A stretch of DNA of 64,000 nt from an uncultured virus (IMG/VR IMGVR_UViG_2061766007_001954) (taxonomy: Duplodnaviria > Heunggongvirae > Uroviricota > Caudoviricetes): IMG/VR virus record IMGVR_UViG_2061766007_001954; one strand, written 5' to 3'. The position numbers and the translations under genes were made by a program. The notes under the pieces are model-generated. The model had not been told where the DNA came from. It made no database searches and worked only from the letters and a program-made list of their open reading frames with translations. This document shows positions 50,619 through 61,363 of this stretch, in pieces (the first letter of the stretch is position 1; each line of letters begins with the position of its first letter).

Positions 50619-51378
50619 TGGCGGAAGAAACACTTACACAAGCAACTGAAACTCAACAAGATAAGCCGACTAAGATGAAATGTCCGTGCTGCGGCGAGCT
50701 GACTCTTAACAGACCTCCGGATATTAAGAGCGCTGTTCTTGATGAATATATGGCAAGCATTATCAGCGGTGTGCCTTTTGCACATACGTACACAATCTAT
50801 AGCACGGTAGACATTACTGTGTCTGTTCTCAGCAAACAGCAGTCGCGTACTATGTATGTCACACTGCAGATGCTGGATAAGTTGATCAAGAGTCATAATA
50901 TCGCAGATCCTAAATTGCTGGCATCACTGTCAGAGCTGTATGGTTGCCTGCAGCTGTATAGCGCTATTCCTATGATTCGCACTTATAAGGATAAGCGCCT
51001 GCAGAAAGAATTCACGCCTAGTCAGATCGTCTTTCAATCCTGTGATAAGCTACTCAAACTGCAGCATGCTATCGAGGTTTATTTCNNNNNNNNNNTCCTA
51101 GTCAGATCGTCTTTGAATCCTGTGATAAGCTACTCAAACTGCAGCATGCTATCGAGGTTTATTTCGATCCGGAAGTTGCTGTGCTAGAAGATGCAGATAA
51201 CATTGATGTGCTTGAAGCGCTGAATGCTATTTATGCGGATTGCTGCAATGAGGAAGAGCTGTCTTCGCTTCCGGATGTGATGCTTCGTGCTATTGTCAGA
51301 ACGCATAATGACATCTATAATATTCTTATGGAGACAGGATTCGACGCAAATTTTTGGAAGGGTATCGAGCTAGCCTGA
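50618..51378 (+). CDS. tail assembly chaperone (226 aa after collapsing the 80-nt gap duplicate)
   Basis: Upstream of the TMP; slippery site near the 3' end. Confidence 0.6.
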
Positions 51379-51405
51379 TACTTTGCATGCCTGAGTTCGA
51401 TACCT
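51348..51405 (+). other. programmed -1 frameshift signal
   Basis: In-phase A AAT TTT, 6-nt spacer, stem 51361-51371/51394-51404. Confidence 0.7.
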
Positions 51406-51686
51406 ATAAGGCAATAGAAAGGTATGCAAAAAACAACGATAACCCGGAGGCTTTTCTGGGTTATCAGTTTCTTAAAAGACGAACGCAAGCGACTATAATG
51501 TGGAGAACACTTATGACAGGGCTTGACTCAAGTGCTGCCATTAAACTGTATCTTGGTATTAAGGAAAGTGTCGGGGCCAGCAGAGATCTTGCTGATATGT
51601 CTGAGGAAGAGCGGAAGGCTATGTACGCTGCCGCTTGTAGGGAAGCAGGAATTCAGCTTGACCCATCGACTTTTAAGAATAAATAA
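51354..51686 (+). CDS. -1 frame extension of the tail chaperone (lambda gpT-like)
   Basis: Track ORF begins at the slippery site; no obvious SD. Confidence 0.6.
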   Translation: MEGYRASLILCMPEFDTYKAIERYAKNNDNPEAFLGYQFLKRRTQATIMWRTLMTGLDSSAAIKLYLGIKESVGASRDLADMSEEERKAMYAAACREAGIQLDPSTFKNK

Positions 51687-51697
51687 GGGCACTATCA

Positions 51698-54226
51698 ATG
51701 AGCATATTTGATACACAGTCAGCAGGCGCGTTTACTGTTGATGATATGATGACACAAGCGTTGGGTTCCGTATTAGGCGGTACCCCGTTTGCTGCACTTC
51801 AGCCGTTCTTACAGGGTCAGGCATACAGCATGCTTGGTCTGGCGGGTAACGGCTATCGTGATGCGTTGCTGGACACGGTGTTGTTCTCAAATATGACTCC
51901 CTATGGCACAGCTGTAGAGATGCAGCGGCGCCAAATCAATAGAGTTGCTGCCGATGTATTAAAGACACAGCAATTCCAGGCACGTACAGGCTTTTTCCAG
52001 AATCTAAGTAAGACAGCAATGTCCTATGATTCCTGGGCTGCACTTAAGCTAGAGAATGCTGCACTTGGAAAATCGGGCTACGAGAATTACATACAGAATC
52101 AGGCTATGGGGATGTCCGATAACTTCCTGTGGTCTACAATGTATCAAATGCTGGATCCAGATGGCATTATAGCAGCTGGACAGAATCTGCAGCAGGCTGG
52201 CGCTAATGTCATCCGCAGAAGTCGTACATATGGCAGACGTAACGCTTTCCTGCAGGCAAGAGCCGTTGGCAATCTGTTCACAGATGAACAGGGCAATTAT
52301 TCCTTCAATGCCAAAGATTACGGCTTTATGGATGTCGGCGAAGCCTCTGCAGTAGCTGCTGCTCTAACTAAAGACTTAGACTTCTTTGGCGGAACAGATC
52401 CAAAGTCAATGGAAGATGCTGCAAAACGTCTTAAAGACCAGGTGCAGGCATATACTAAAGCATTGGCGCCTCTTAAAGATGTATTCGGCAAAGACGTGCC
52501 TGCTATGATCAATGCTATTGAAGACTTGTCTGGACAAAAACTGTCTCAAATGTCTTCTGTGAGGGTTCAGGATGTAGCACAACGTGTAATGGCAGGGGCA
52601 GCTGCTGGTAATTATAATCTTGGACAGCTGTCTGCTATGACCCATCAGGTGGGTGCTGCTATCCTTGGTATGAATGTGCCATACATCAACGATCTTGGCG
52701 CATTAGCCCAGTCTCAAACGATTCTCAGTGTTACAGAGGGTGGCTTAGCACCTGCTTTCATGTCGAAAGCCAGATTCGATAATATGGTTACGGATGCGAC
52801 TATAAGAGCATCGAATTCCCGTGGTGCCGATATGCTGAATCTCGCTTACTCTGCTTGGAAGAATACCGGAGACGGCCGCAATGGCGGCACTATGGATCAG
52901 TTCATGCAGCAATATAATATACTGCGTGAGACAATGGGCACCGATAAGGCTATTCTTGCGATATCTGGTACAAACAGCCTTTATCAGCTGGAACAAGTCG
53001 GTGCTCGTTATGGCGACTATGCTACAGCCGTAGAAGCAAACCTCGGCGGTCAGATGGCTCTTGGTGAAAATCTAGATGACATGATAGAGTACGGAAAATA
53101 CTATATCGATAATTTAGAGGGTCGTGCTGTCTATGATAGAGCAGTTGCTGGTATTAAAGAACACCCAGAGTGGCTCAGCAATCCTGAATTAGCCCCCGCA
53201 GATCTTAAAGGTGAGATTTATGCTATCTCTTATGGTAAGCGTGGAGACGGCTTAGCCGCAGGATTGCAGAGTGCTGCTAATAGACAAAAATACAAAGAAG
53301 CCTATCAGCAGCAAACTAAGATGATGGAGAGCGCTAATAACATAAAAGGCTTCCTTGGTTCCAACCTTGGTAGTGCTATTAGAATGCTTATAGGCGGCGA
53401 TTTGTCTGCAAATAAGATACGTGAAGTAAACGCTGCTTTGTCTGCACTTGATCCAGAAGATCAGAAAATGATCCAGGAGTCTTCCACTCGTGCTATTTCT
53501 ATGATGAAGAAGGAAGACTTTGCTACAACTGAGGAATATGAGAAAGCAATTGCTGATCAGGTTAAGTGGGAATATAATAATGGTGTCAATAACTTGATGT
53601 ATATGGATCTGACTGCCGAATGGTCTGAGGCACATGCTGCGGGTAGGGATACAGCAGAGATCGAATCCAGAATGAATATTGTTCGTAATCTGGATCAGAA
53701 TTTGCTTGGCGAGTACCTTGGTGCAAAGGACAGCGAAGGCTATGCAGATCGTATGCAAGGTCTAAAAGACTTTTATTATGGTAAAGGGGGAAAGAGCAGC
53801 ATAGAGGCTACTGATTTTCTGCGGAAAGAGATGATTACAAAATCTCTGATGGCATCGAAGTTTGGTGACTCTGACAAGGCTATGAAAGCCGCTGAATCCA
53901 TGCTTGAACAAGAGAGCACGGCAACTGGCTCTATGACAAGACAGCAATTAATGTCTAGGGCTAAGGGCATGGAAGAAGCCGGTATGATCACAGCTGAACA
54001 ACGTGTAGATCTTGAAAGTTCTATTAATAAAGCCTACGGTCCGCAGGATCAGACCACACAGATAACGGATCTCTTCGGTTCTATAGGTGATCTTGTTAAA
54101 GCCGTCGGTGAACTGGTCGGTGTGATGAAGAAGGATGAACAAAAGAAGACAGAAGATCCTGCGCCAGCACAGCCATCTGAATCAGGTATGGGGAGCTTCT
54201 TCTATACGACATATCGTCCGAAATGA
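51698..54226 (+). CDS. tape measure protein (putative)
   Basis: 842 aa, A/G/M/Q-rich helical, after the frameshifted chaperone. Confidence 0.65.
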   Translation: MSIFDTQSAGAFTVDDMMTQALGSVLGGTPFAALQPFLQGQAYSMLGLAGNGYRDALLDTVLFSNMTPYGTAVEMQRRQINRVAADVLKTQQFQARTGFFQNLSKTAMSYDSWAALKLENAALGKSGYENYIQNQAMGMSDNFLWSTMYQMLDPDGIIAAGQNLQQAGANVIRRSRTYGRRNAFLQARAVGNLFTDEQGNYSFNAKDYGFMDVGEASAVAAALTKDLDFFGGTDPKSMEDAAKRLKDQVQAYTKALAPLKDVFGKDVPAMINAIEDLSGQKLSQMSSVRVQDVAQRVMAGAAAGNYNLGQLSAMTHQVGAAILGMNVPYINDLGALAQSQTILSVTEGGLAPAFMSKARFDNMVTDATIRASNSRGADMLNLAYSAWKNTGDGRNGGTMDQFMQQYNILRETMGTDKAILAISGTNSLYQLEQVGARYGDYATAVEANLGGQMALGENLDDMIEYGKYYIDNLEGRAVYDRAVAGIKEHPEWLSNPELAPADLKGEIYAISYGKRGDGLAAGLQSAANRQKYKEAYQQQTKMMESANNIKGFLGSNLGSAIRMLIGGDLSANKIREVNAALSALDPEDQKMIQESSTRAISMMKKEDFATTEEYEKAIADQVKWEYNNGVNNLMYMDLTAEWSEAHAAGRDTAEIESRMNIVRNLDQNLLGEYLGAKDSEGYADRMQGLKDFYYGKGGKSSIEATDFLRKEMITKSLMASKFGDSDKAMKAAESMLEQESTATGSMTRQQLMSRAKGMEEAGMITAEQRVDLESSINKAYGPQDQTTQITDLFGSIGDLVKAVGELVGVMKKDEQKKTEDPAPAQPSESGMGSFFYTTYRPK

Positions 54227-54236
54227 TAGGTGAACA

Positions 54237-54779
54237 ATGGGTAATTTGAAAATATTTGATGCGCTGGGCGGTATTTCCCAGAATGTGCTTAAGGGTGCAT
54301 CTTCTTTTATAGCTCTGGTAAAAGTCGCTAATAATGCAGCTGCCACCACTAGAATAGCAGGTATAAGTTCTATATTGGCTAGTGCCCCAGCAACTGCCAT
54401 TACGATTCAGCAGCTGACCGATTTTTCGCTGACTAAATCGCTCGATAACGACTTTCTGGTTACAGCATTTGGAGATACCCCTGTTAAAATAGAACTTAAG
54501 GGTATCAACATCATTGGTATTGATAACTGCTATTTGGATGGCTCGAGTGCCGAGTCGGCAAAGACACAGATTTTGAATTTCTACGATAAGAATAAAGTTA
54601 GCGCTAATCTGCAGGCTAGATTTGATCTTGCGATTTCAAACGGCCCTAAACAACCAGCTTCTTGTTTCCGCTGTGTAATTGTAGCACTCAATGTGTCGAA
54701 TTCAAACCAATCAGGTATTAATGCTGTTCACAAGACTTACGATTATTCCATGTCTCTTATAGGAGTTAGGAAGCAATGA
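54237..54779 (+). CDS. tube initiator-like baseplate protein (putative)
   Basis: Synteny; beta-rich. Confidence 0.4.
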   Translation: MGNLKIFDALGGISQNVLKGASSFIALVKVANNAAATTRIAGISSILASAPATAITIQQLTDFSLTKSLDNDFLVTAFGDTPVKIELKGINIIGIDNCYLDGSSAESAKTQILNFYDKNKVSANLQARFDLAISNGPKQPASCFRCVIVALNVSNSNQSGINAVHKTYDYSMSLIGVRKQ

Positions 54780-55210
54780 ATACGCTCTACGGAATACTTG
54801 TACAAACTGTTCCATCCTCGCCTGATTATGCGTGGTATGACAAACAATATGATCTGACTGTGCCAACTACTAAGATGCAGAATATTCGGGATATCCTTCT
54901 CACAGGCGTGCCTGTAGAAAAGATTCGCATGTTTGCATCGGTTGTGTGTAACCTTGTGCTGTATACACGCTTTGGAGCAGACATACAGAATCTTGACCCA
55001 AATAATAGCTATGTCGATGTCACTCGCCCAGATGATTCAGATCATAGTGATCAATCCTATTGTTGCTATGGGCTTATTCAGCCAGTTACAGCTTATAAGA
55101 AACTGCGCATGTTCCTGGATGACGATATCTCTGGTTTGCTGAATAAAGATTCTTGGGTTGATTGGATGGCTGCAGGTTGTCTGCAACTTCTCAGGGAGAC
55201 AAATGAATGA
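54776..55210 (+). CDS. hypothetical baseplate-region protein
   Basis: ATGA coupling. Confidence 0.55.
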   Translation: MNTLYGILVQTVPSSPDYAWYDKQYDLTVPTTKMQNIRDILLTGVPVEKIRMFASVVCNLVLYTRFGADIQNLDPNNSYVDVTRPDDSDHSDQSYCCYGLIQPVTAYKKLRMFLDDDISGLLNKDSWVDWMAAGCLQLLRETNE

Positions 55211-56955
55211 CTCAGAGCGAACTCAATAGCACCAAGGTTGGTGTCATTGTTCTGAAGGTTGGTGGGGTGAACTATGTTTGCTCCGCCTTCAATATGACAA
55301 TGGCTATCAATCAGATACCTGTTGCTTCCTGTGTTGTTGGTTGTGGTCATAGTATTCTTGGAGATACTAAGGCTGACAACAACGCAGAGGTTCTCTATAA
55401 CCGCATACAGCAGGAAGAAATGAAAGATGAGCCGAAGTTCATCGACTGCACTGTGTGTGAAGTTTTAGACGGCACAGAGTATCAGATCTTTAAGGGTGTT
55501 ATTGTTGGTGCTTCTCTTGTATATAAAACAGGCGGCTCAACAATTAGAGCTATCCGGTTTGAAATGATGTATTCTGTGTGTAAGTTGAAGGCCCAACCGC
55601 TAACTGCATATAAGAACATATGTGGCTCCCATATTGTAAACACGCTTCTTAATACTAACGATAAAAGCCAGAACCTTACAGATCTTGAGGCAATGGCTAA
55701 ACAAGGTATGCAGCAGCCAAATGGGCCACAAGCAGCTACTTTTATTGCCACTGCGCTTGGTCCAAAGATTAAACATAGAGACATCGCTACCAAGATTTCG
55801 TGGCTATGTGATGCATTCGTTGCATCCATATCATATACATTCGATTTGATAGCGGCATTAGAAAGCAATCTGCTTGGAAATTTCCTTCATGTTAAGGATT
55901 ATATCAAGTCATCGTATAGATTGGATGAAGCAAAGCTTAGAATCTCCAATAGTCTGACAGACTCGGAGTTTAATACGGCGCTGTGCAAATGGCTTATGCA
56001 GGGCATATATGGTGGATCCATTTTCGATGCTATAACGCATGCATTGATATCTCCTGAGTTTATGCTTTCGCTGGTCCCTCGTTTCAGGGATGGAAAAATG
56101 GAAATAAAACCATCTAGTGCGTGGGGGACCAATAATACAATCCATACGATTCCATTGGCATCTGTCACATCAATCAATTCTTCTTTCCATCCGCTGGATC
56201 ACATTAACGATCCTAATGTGTTTGCTGTAAACTTCACAGATGCATTAGATATGAGGGGGAATAAGAATCAGTCCGGGATTCCTGGGTATTTGCTTGGAGC
56301 TTACTCTACAAGTCCGGAAGCCTCTAAGTGGATTAAGCTGCGCTTCATGAATAAAGGGTCACAGCAAGAAAAAGAGGCTCTGACAAAATCGACTGCTAAC
56401 TATAAGTGGAAGCTTTATCCTGCTCCAACCTGGTTGTCTAGTGCATTTGTTAAAACAAAACAGTCAGCTGGTAAGGATATTGATAACCCTGTTGCTCAGG
56501 TACAAGCTATTAAGGATCAAAAACTTAGAAGGAACGCCAAGCAACAATATAACTATCCGACTCAGGCAGATCAACAGAATTATAAAGACGGCGAGCTTTT
56601 AGCTGATTATGTCGCTCAATCTCTCTATACGATGCTTTATAAGCAGACAGCAACAGCAGAGCTTATCCTGCTTCCTGACATCCGCTTTGGTATCAATCGC
56701 GAGAAATACGGCTTCGTTCTGGAAGAGCAGCTTGGTGAACTCATTGATGTTACTTATATAGACAAAACAGATGCAGCAGGTATCAGTAATAAGCCGCTGG
56801 CAATTCGTGGTATGGTATCTGCAATAACTTTTGCATATAATGCGGGGCAATCAGCCTCTTGCACTTATCAACTCACACTATCCCGTGTGCGTAAGCATGA
56901 CGCCAATGAGCCCAAGCTTATCTGCCCATTGTACGCAAAAATTACTGAAAAGTAA
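55207..56955 (+). CDS. baseplate hub protein (putative)
   Basis: IFKGVIVG N-terminal motif, size, synteny. Confidence 0.45.
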   Translation: MTQSELNSTKVGVIVLKVGGVNYVCSAFNMTMAINQIPVASCVVGCGHSILGDTKADNNAEVLYNRIQQEEMKDEPKFIDCTVCEVLDGTEYQIFKGVIVGASLVYKTGGSTIRAIRFEMMYSVCKLKAQPLTAYKNICGSHIVNTLLNTNDKSQNLTDLEAMAKQGMQQPNGPQAATFIATALGPKIKHRDIATKISWLCDAFVASISYTFDLIAALESNLLGNFLHVKDYIKSSYRLDEAKLRISNSLTDSEFNTALCKWLMQGIYGGSIFDAITHALISPEFMLSLVPRFRDGKMEIKPSSAWGTNNTIHTIPLASVTSINSSFHPLDHINDPNVFAVNFTDALDMRGNKNQSGIPGYLLGAYSTSPEASKWIKLRFMNKGSQQEKEALTKSTANYKWKLYPAPTWLSSAFVKTKQSAGKDIDNPVAQVQAIKDQKLRRNAKQQYNYPTQADQQNYKDGELLADYVAQSLYTMLYKQTATAELILLPDIRFGINREKYGFVLEEQLGELIDVTYIDKTDAAGISNKPLAIRGMVSAITFAYNAGQSASCTYQLTLSRVRKHDANEPKLICPLYAKITEK

Positions 56956-56965
56956 AAGGCATATT

Positions 56966-57775
56966 ATGGAATCCCTGTTCGAGACTATTACAAAGAATCT
57001 TCCTAAAGCTACCGAAGAGCAGAAGCGCCAGCTTGCAGAGTTGGAACCTGCTCCTGTTCAAGGTGTTGGCTATGATAAGATGCCGCTTAAAGATTTGGTT
57101 GCTGTCTGGAATAAGGAACCAAAAGAAGAGCTGACATCATTGATTTTGCAGAGACTGAAACCTACAATCAATTCTGCGATTACAAGCTACGCTCCGGGTC
57201 ATTCTACTGATCTCGCGGTAAAAGCAGCTAAACTCTCCTTGGATGCGCTAAAGACTTTTGATCCGACCAGAGGCGTTGATCCGTCTACGCATGTGTTCAA
57301 CAACCTGAAGCGTCTTAGCCGTATCTCCAATAGACGCCAAAATATCATTCCGATCTCTGAACGTAGAGCGATGGAATTCAAGTTGCTTCAACAGGCAGCT
57401 GATAAATTCGCTGATACGTTCGATAGGGAGCCTTCTGATATGGAGCTTGCAGATGCTACCGGGTTCAGCCTTAAGAAGGTGCGTAAGCTGCTGGATGGCT
57501 CTCCTGTCGCATCGGAGTCTTCGCAGGTTAATCCAGAAACGCATACATCTACGTCTTTTGCTTCTGATGTAACGGATGATGACTATTATGATTATGTCTA
57601 TAGATCTGTCGGTCCGATCGATCAAAAGATTATGGAGTGGTCTTCTGGTAAATACGGAAGAAAACCGCTTAATAACAAGCAGATCGCAGAGAAGCTTCAT
57701 ATGACACCCGCTGCTATTTCTCAGCGCAGCAAAAAGATCATGGCGCTTATGTCAGAAGTGCGAGGGCTTGTATGA
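56966..57775 (+). CDS. sigma70-family (group 3/FliA-like) sigma factor
   Basis: Region 2 LKTFDPTRG..STHV; region 3 REPSDMELADATG; region 4 QIAEKLHMTPAAISQ. Confidence 0.85.
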   Translation: MESLFETITKNLPKATEEQKRQLAELEPAPVQGVGYDKMPLKDLVAVWNKEPKEELTSLILQRLKPTINSAITSYAPGHSTDLAVKAAKLSLDALKTFDPTRGVDPSTHVFNNLKRLSRISNRRQNIIPISERRAMEFKLLQQAADKFADTFDREPSDMELADATGFSLKKVRKLLDGSPVASESSQVNPETHTSTSFASDVTDDDYYDYVYRSVGPIDQKIMEWSSGKYGRKPLNNKQIAEKLHMTPAAISQRSKKIMALMSEVRGLV

Positions 57776-58131
57776 GTATCGGTTCCATGCAAATGCTGGA
57801 AAGAGCGGCCTATAAAGAACTGGCTACCATCAATGATGTGCTTGCTCCTGCGGGCATTGTAAATGAAGTGGATGGTCTTATCACCAAAGAACAGCTCAAC
57901 CGTGCAGAAGCTCAAACTACTGAGCGTACTGAGATGTCTACCGCCCTGTCTACAAATGATACAGAAATCGTAGCTGCAGCAGCCCGTGCTATTCATGAGG
58001 CTACCAGAGTGAGACGTGATATCAATATTGCACAGGCTACACACAAACAGCTGCTTCTTGGTGCCTATAGAACCTTGTATCAACGCAAGCTGAAACTGGA
58101 ATCTGACATCCAGGAGGGACATTATGCCTAA
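57772..58131 (+). CDS. hypothetical coiled-coil protein
   Basis: ATGA-coupled to the sigma gene. Confidence 0.6.
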   Translation: MSIGSMQMLERAAYKELATINDVLAPAGIVNEVDGLITKEQLNRAEAQTTERTEMSTALSTNDTEIVAAAARAIHEATRVRRDINIAQATHKQLLLGAYRTLYQRKLKLESDIQEGHYA

Positions 58132-58495
58132 GGATCTAAAAATGATTCCAGAAGTCAGCGGACAGGTTGTATTCTCTATTACAGGAGATTCACAGGACAC
58201 TGGGTTGATGCTGCTGCAGCGTTTGTATGTTATGCTGCTGTCTGATCCGCAGGGCCCGTATCGGGACAGTGACGGTGGCGCCACTTTGCTCAGGTTTTTG
58301 GAAGGCGCAAATATACCGGCAGACTCTATTATGAACACTTATCTGGCGCTTGGCTGTGCTACTGCGGTCAGCATGCTGGATGACATTGATAAACAGAATA
58401 TAGAATCCTTCACAGGAGAGTGTGAGAACGGTGTTATTACATGCACTTTGGTGTTAGTTGATGGCACTACAGTGAAAGGGCAGTTAAATGGCTGA
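58124..58495 (+). CDS. gp25-like baseplate wedge protein (putative)
   Basis: LLQR....LLSD.....GG; precedes baseplate J. Confidence 0.45.
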   Translation: MPKDLKMIPEVSGQVVFSITGDSQDTGLMLLQRLYVMLLSDPQGPYRDSDGGATLLRFLEGANIPADSIMNTYLALGCATAVSMLDDIDKQNIESFTGECENGVITCTLVLVDGTTVKGQLNG

Positions 58496-60038
58496 TTATA
58501 TAGAACCTACTAAGACATCTTTTAATGCTGCAGAGCAGGTTGCAATCGATGCCGTTACACAGACTGCACCAGATCTGCTCACCAAGACTGGCTCCGCTAT
58601 TCGAGAGCTGATTATTCGCCCTATCGCATATCTGCTTAGTTGGGCGTCCGGCAATGTCGATAACAGTATCAAACAATACAGTGTCTCTTACCTCAAAACT
58701 TCGCAGCTTACAGTCAACCCCATAGCAGATCTGGTGGCATCGAACTATTTTGTTACACGTAAGGAAGCCACATCGGCGAAAGGGATTATTACACTGACAC
58801 TCAGTACAGGTAGCTGGACTATTGCAGCAGGCGCTGGTTTTAGTGTTGCCGGTGTTGCCTGTGCTACAACTGCGCAGTGTGTTATCAGGACTTCTACAAC
58901 CGGTTTGGTTGATACTGACAGCATCCTCTATATTAAGGCGATTTCTCTTAGCGACGGAAACTATATGGCTAATATTCCAGTGGAAGCTGTTACTCCTGGT
59001 AAGATAGAAGTTCCGGTTGGCTCTGAAGTTGTTCTGAATTTCAGCTGTCCTTATTTTGTAGCAGCTGATCTTACTTCTCCGCTTACGGGAGGATCTGGTA
59101 CAGAGACAGACGCGGAGCTAATGGTTCGGGCTGAATATAATACGGCCGCAGCTGGTATCGGCACTTATTATGGTATCAAGAAAAAGATGACAAAGGCGCC
59201 TGTTGCTGTTATGGGGCTCTCCGTGATTGCTGGTGAGGACAAACCACTCTTCAGGGGGCGCTACAATAGTGTCAATATCAATCCTGGTGGTTATGTCGAT
59301 TGCCATGTAAAGACCAGTAATCAGGCTGTCACACAGATGGTTACTGCACCAATGACAATTACTGGCGGCACTGTTTATTCAATAGCATTGGATAGTACGC
59401 AGTGTCCTGGTTTCATTCGAGTTGCAGCTGTTTATGCTGATGGACAGAATGTGCAGACATACGCAACTACTTATGGAACTGATGATGCGCTTACGAATGC
59501 AGACGGTGCTCGTCTTTCTGTTGATCAGACTGCAACAGTATCTTTCATAAGCGATGCTGATATCACAGGATCTACAGCTGATGTCTATCTGACTTATATG
59601 GCGGGTCTCCAGGATCTGCAGACCTATGTGGATAAAGACACAGAACATTTTATTGGTCAGGATATCAAGATTAAAGCAGCAGTCCCTGTTAATCTCAGGG
59701 TTGCTTGCACTGTGCATAGCAATGATACACTGTCTGAGGATGACCTGGCTGGTATCAGTCAGGCTATCGTTGATTATGTTAATGCTATGGAAGTCGGTAC
59801 AGGTGTTATTAACTTCTCTGACATTAGAGCAGCTGTGCTGGTCTCTTATCCTAATGTGGATCTTAGACTGCCTTGTGTGCTGACTGGTGATATCATGACC
59901 AAAGACGGAGCTCTGGATACTATTGTTAGTAATACCGGCATCTTTGATATCCGTCAGCTGACAAACACTAACTACTGGGGTTATCAGGTCTGCTTCTTCA
60001 GTTGCTGCCTTGATAATGTGAGGCTCAACGTTTTATGA
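58488..60038 (+). CDS. baseplate J-like protein
   Basis: A.G.ITL, VEAVTPG, LTGGSGTETDAEL..R. Confidence 0.8.
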   Translation: MADYIEPTKTSFNAAEQVAIDAVTQTAPDLLTKTGSAIRELIIRPIAYLLSWASGNVDNSIKQYSVSYLKTSQLTVNPIADLVASNYFVTRKEATSAKGIITLTLSTGSWTIAAGAGFSVAGVACATTAQCVIRTSTTGLVDTDSILYIKAISLSDGNYMANIPVEAVTPGKIEVPVGSEVVLNFSCPYFVAADLTSPLTGGSGTETDAELMVRAEYNTAAAGIGTYYGIKKKMTKAPVAVMGLSVIAGEDKPLFRGRYNSVNINPGGYVDCHVKTSNQAVTQMVTAPMTITGGTVYSIALDSTQCPGFIRVAAVYADGQNVQTYATTYGTDDALTNADGARLSVDQTATVSFISDADITGSTADVYLTYMAGLQDLQTYVDKDTEHFIGQDIKIKAAVPVNLRVACTVHSNDTLSEDDLAGISQAIVDYVNAMEVGTGVINFSDIRAAVLVSYPNVDLRLPCVLTGDIMTKDGALDTIVSNTGIFDIRQLTNTNYWGYQVCFFSCCLDNVRLNVL

Positions 60039-61363
60039 ACTGGTTGCTGACACTTAGACGACTGCTCGGGCGATTTTGGTATGATTGCTTCGAGGACAGC
60101 CACTTTCTACTTGGAGTAGAGCATCTGCTGTCATATTATAGTCAACTCGTTGAGAATCAATATCTTAACTGGCGTAATGGTATGATCGCGAAAGATCTTA
60201 CCGTTGAGCAGGATGGTCAGCCATTTATTGTTTATCTGGACACTGATGTTGTTAAAGAATGGAAAACTTGGGAACATCTGTGGGATGCAAACTCTGCCGT
60301 AGCGTTTGTCGAGGACATTGCACCGACTACCACAGGATGGATTACCTATACAAAGAATCCTGTTCCTGTTCCGTTCTATATGGTAGACCATACCATAGGC
60401 TATACAAAGATGCTTATCAAGGGCATGGACTATGATGTGTTTCAGGATAAATTCCTGTTCTATACGGATCCTTCGGCACTTGGCCTCCAGAAAGTGAAAA
60501 TCACGGATAAAGACGGGATACCTCATGAATATTTCCGTATGTTCGGCTATCCCAGAAAGACAGTAAAGATCTGCGACCCTGTTACAGGCTTTGAATCTAG
60601 TTGGCTTAATGACTGCAGTGACATTGCGTGGGATATACATCAGAACGGCGTTACCTTCTACAATATGAAACAGTTGCTCGGCAAGGTTACTGGTTCTGTG
60701 ATTTGTGAGAATGCTGGTACGGTTGAGAAAGTTTGGACAGAGCAGGACTATAATTGTATGTCGGTTGATGGCTGGCTTTACTATTCTAAAGCAGCAGCCA
60801 ATTATGAAGCAAACGATACTGTAGAAGTCGGCGATGTTTTATTTGGTTCTCTTACAGTTTATAAGGGATCAGACAATCCAACGTCTACACAGGTTCCCGG
60901 TATTCGGATTCAGACAGATGCTGGAGAACTGGTTGCTGTCAATAGTACAGAAGAAGCCGCCGAGGTCGATGGTATGTTTATTCTTCCGCTTGATGGACCT
61001 GAAGATACCGTGCTCAAGTATCAGGCTATCTGTGCTGCTAATATGAAGAATGCCAACTGTCCGTATATCCAAGTTCCACCTTCCGTTAATCCCTATAAGT
61101 TCGTTACGCAAACACTTCGTAGAGGCCGTTCGGTTACGATTAGACTGGTGGCTAAAGGTCTGGAAAGGTTGTCTGCGGCTCTCAGAACGATTCGCAAGAG
61201 TTGTTGTGCTTCTGGTATGGTGAATGTTTATGTGGCTGCTGAAGCCGATACTGGTACATTAAATACATCCGTGTTCTCAGCAGACGCAGGTATGATGGCA
61301 GTTGCTGTGACCGAGACATTGACTATAAAAGAAGAATGTGCCAAAGCAGAGGTGATACTATGA
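60035..61363 (+). CDS. baseplate wedge protein (putative)
   Basis: Follows baseplate J. Confidence 0.45.
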   Translation: MNWLLTLRRLLGRFWYDCFEDSHFLLGVEHLLSYYSQLVENQYLNWRNGMIAKDLTVEQDGQPFIVYLDTDVVKEWKTWEHLWDANSAVAFVEDIAPTTTGWITYTKNPVPVPFYMVDHTIGYTKMLIKGMDYDVFQDKFLFYTDPSALGLQKVKITDKDGIPHEYFRMFGYPRKTVKICDPVTGFESSWLNDCSDIAWDIHQNGVTFYNMKQLLGKVTGSVICENAGTVEKVWTEQDYNCMSVDGWLYYSKAAANYEANDTVEVGDVLFGSLTVYKGSDNPTSTQVPGIRIQTDAGELVAVNSTEEAAEVDGMFILPLDGPEDTVLKYQAICAANMKNANCPYIQVPPSVNPYKFVTQTLRRGRSVTIRLVAKGLERLSAALRTIRKSCCASGMVNVYVAAEADTGTLNTSVFSADAGMMAVAVTETLTIKEECAKAEVIL

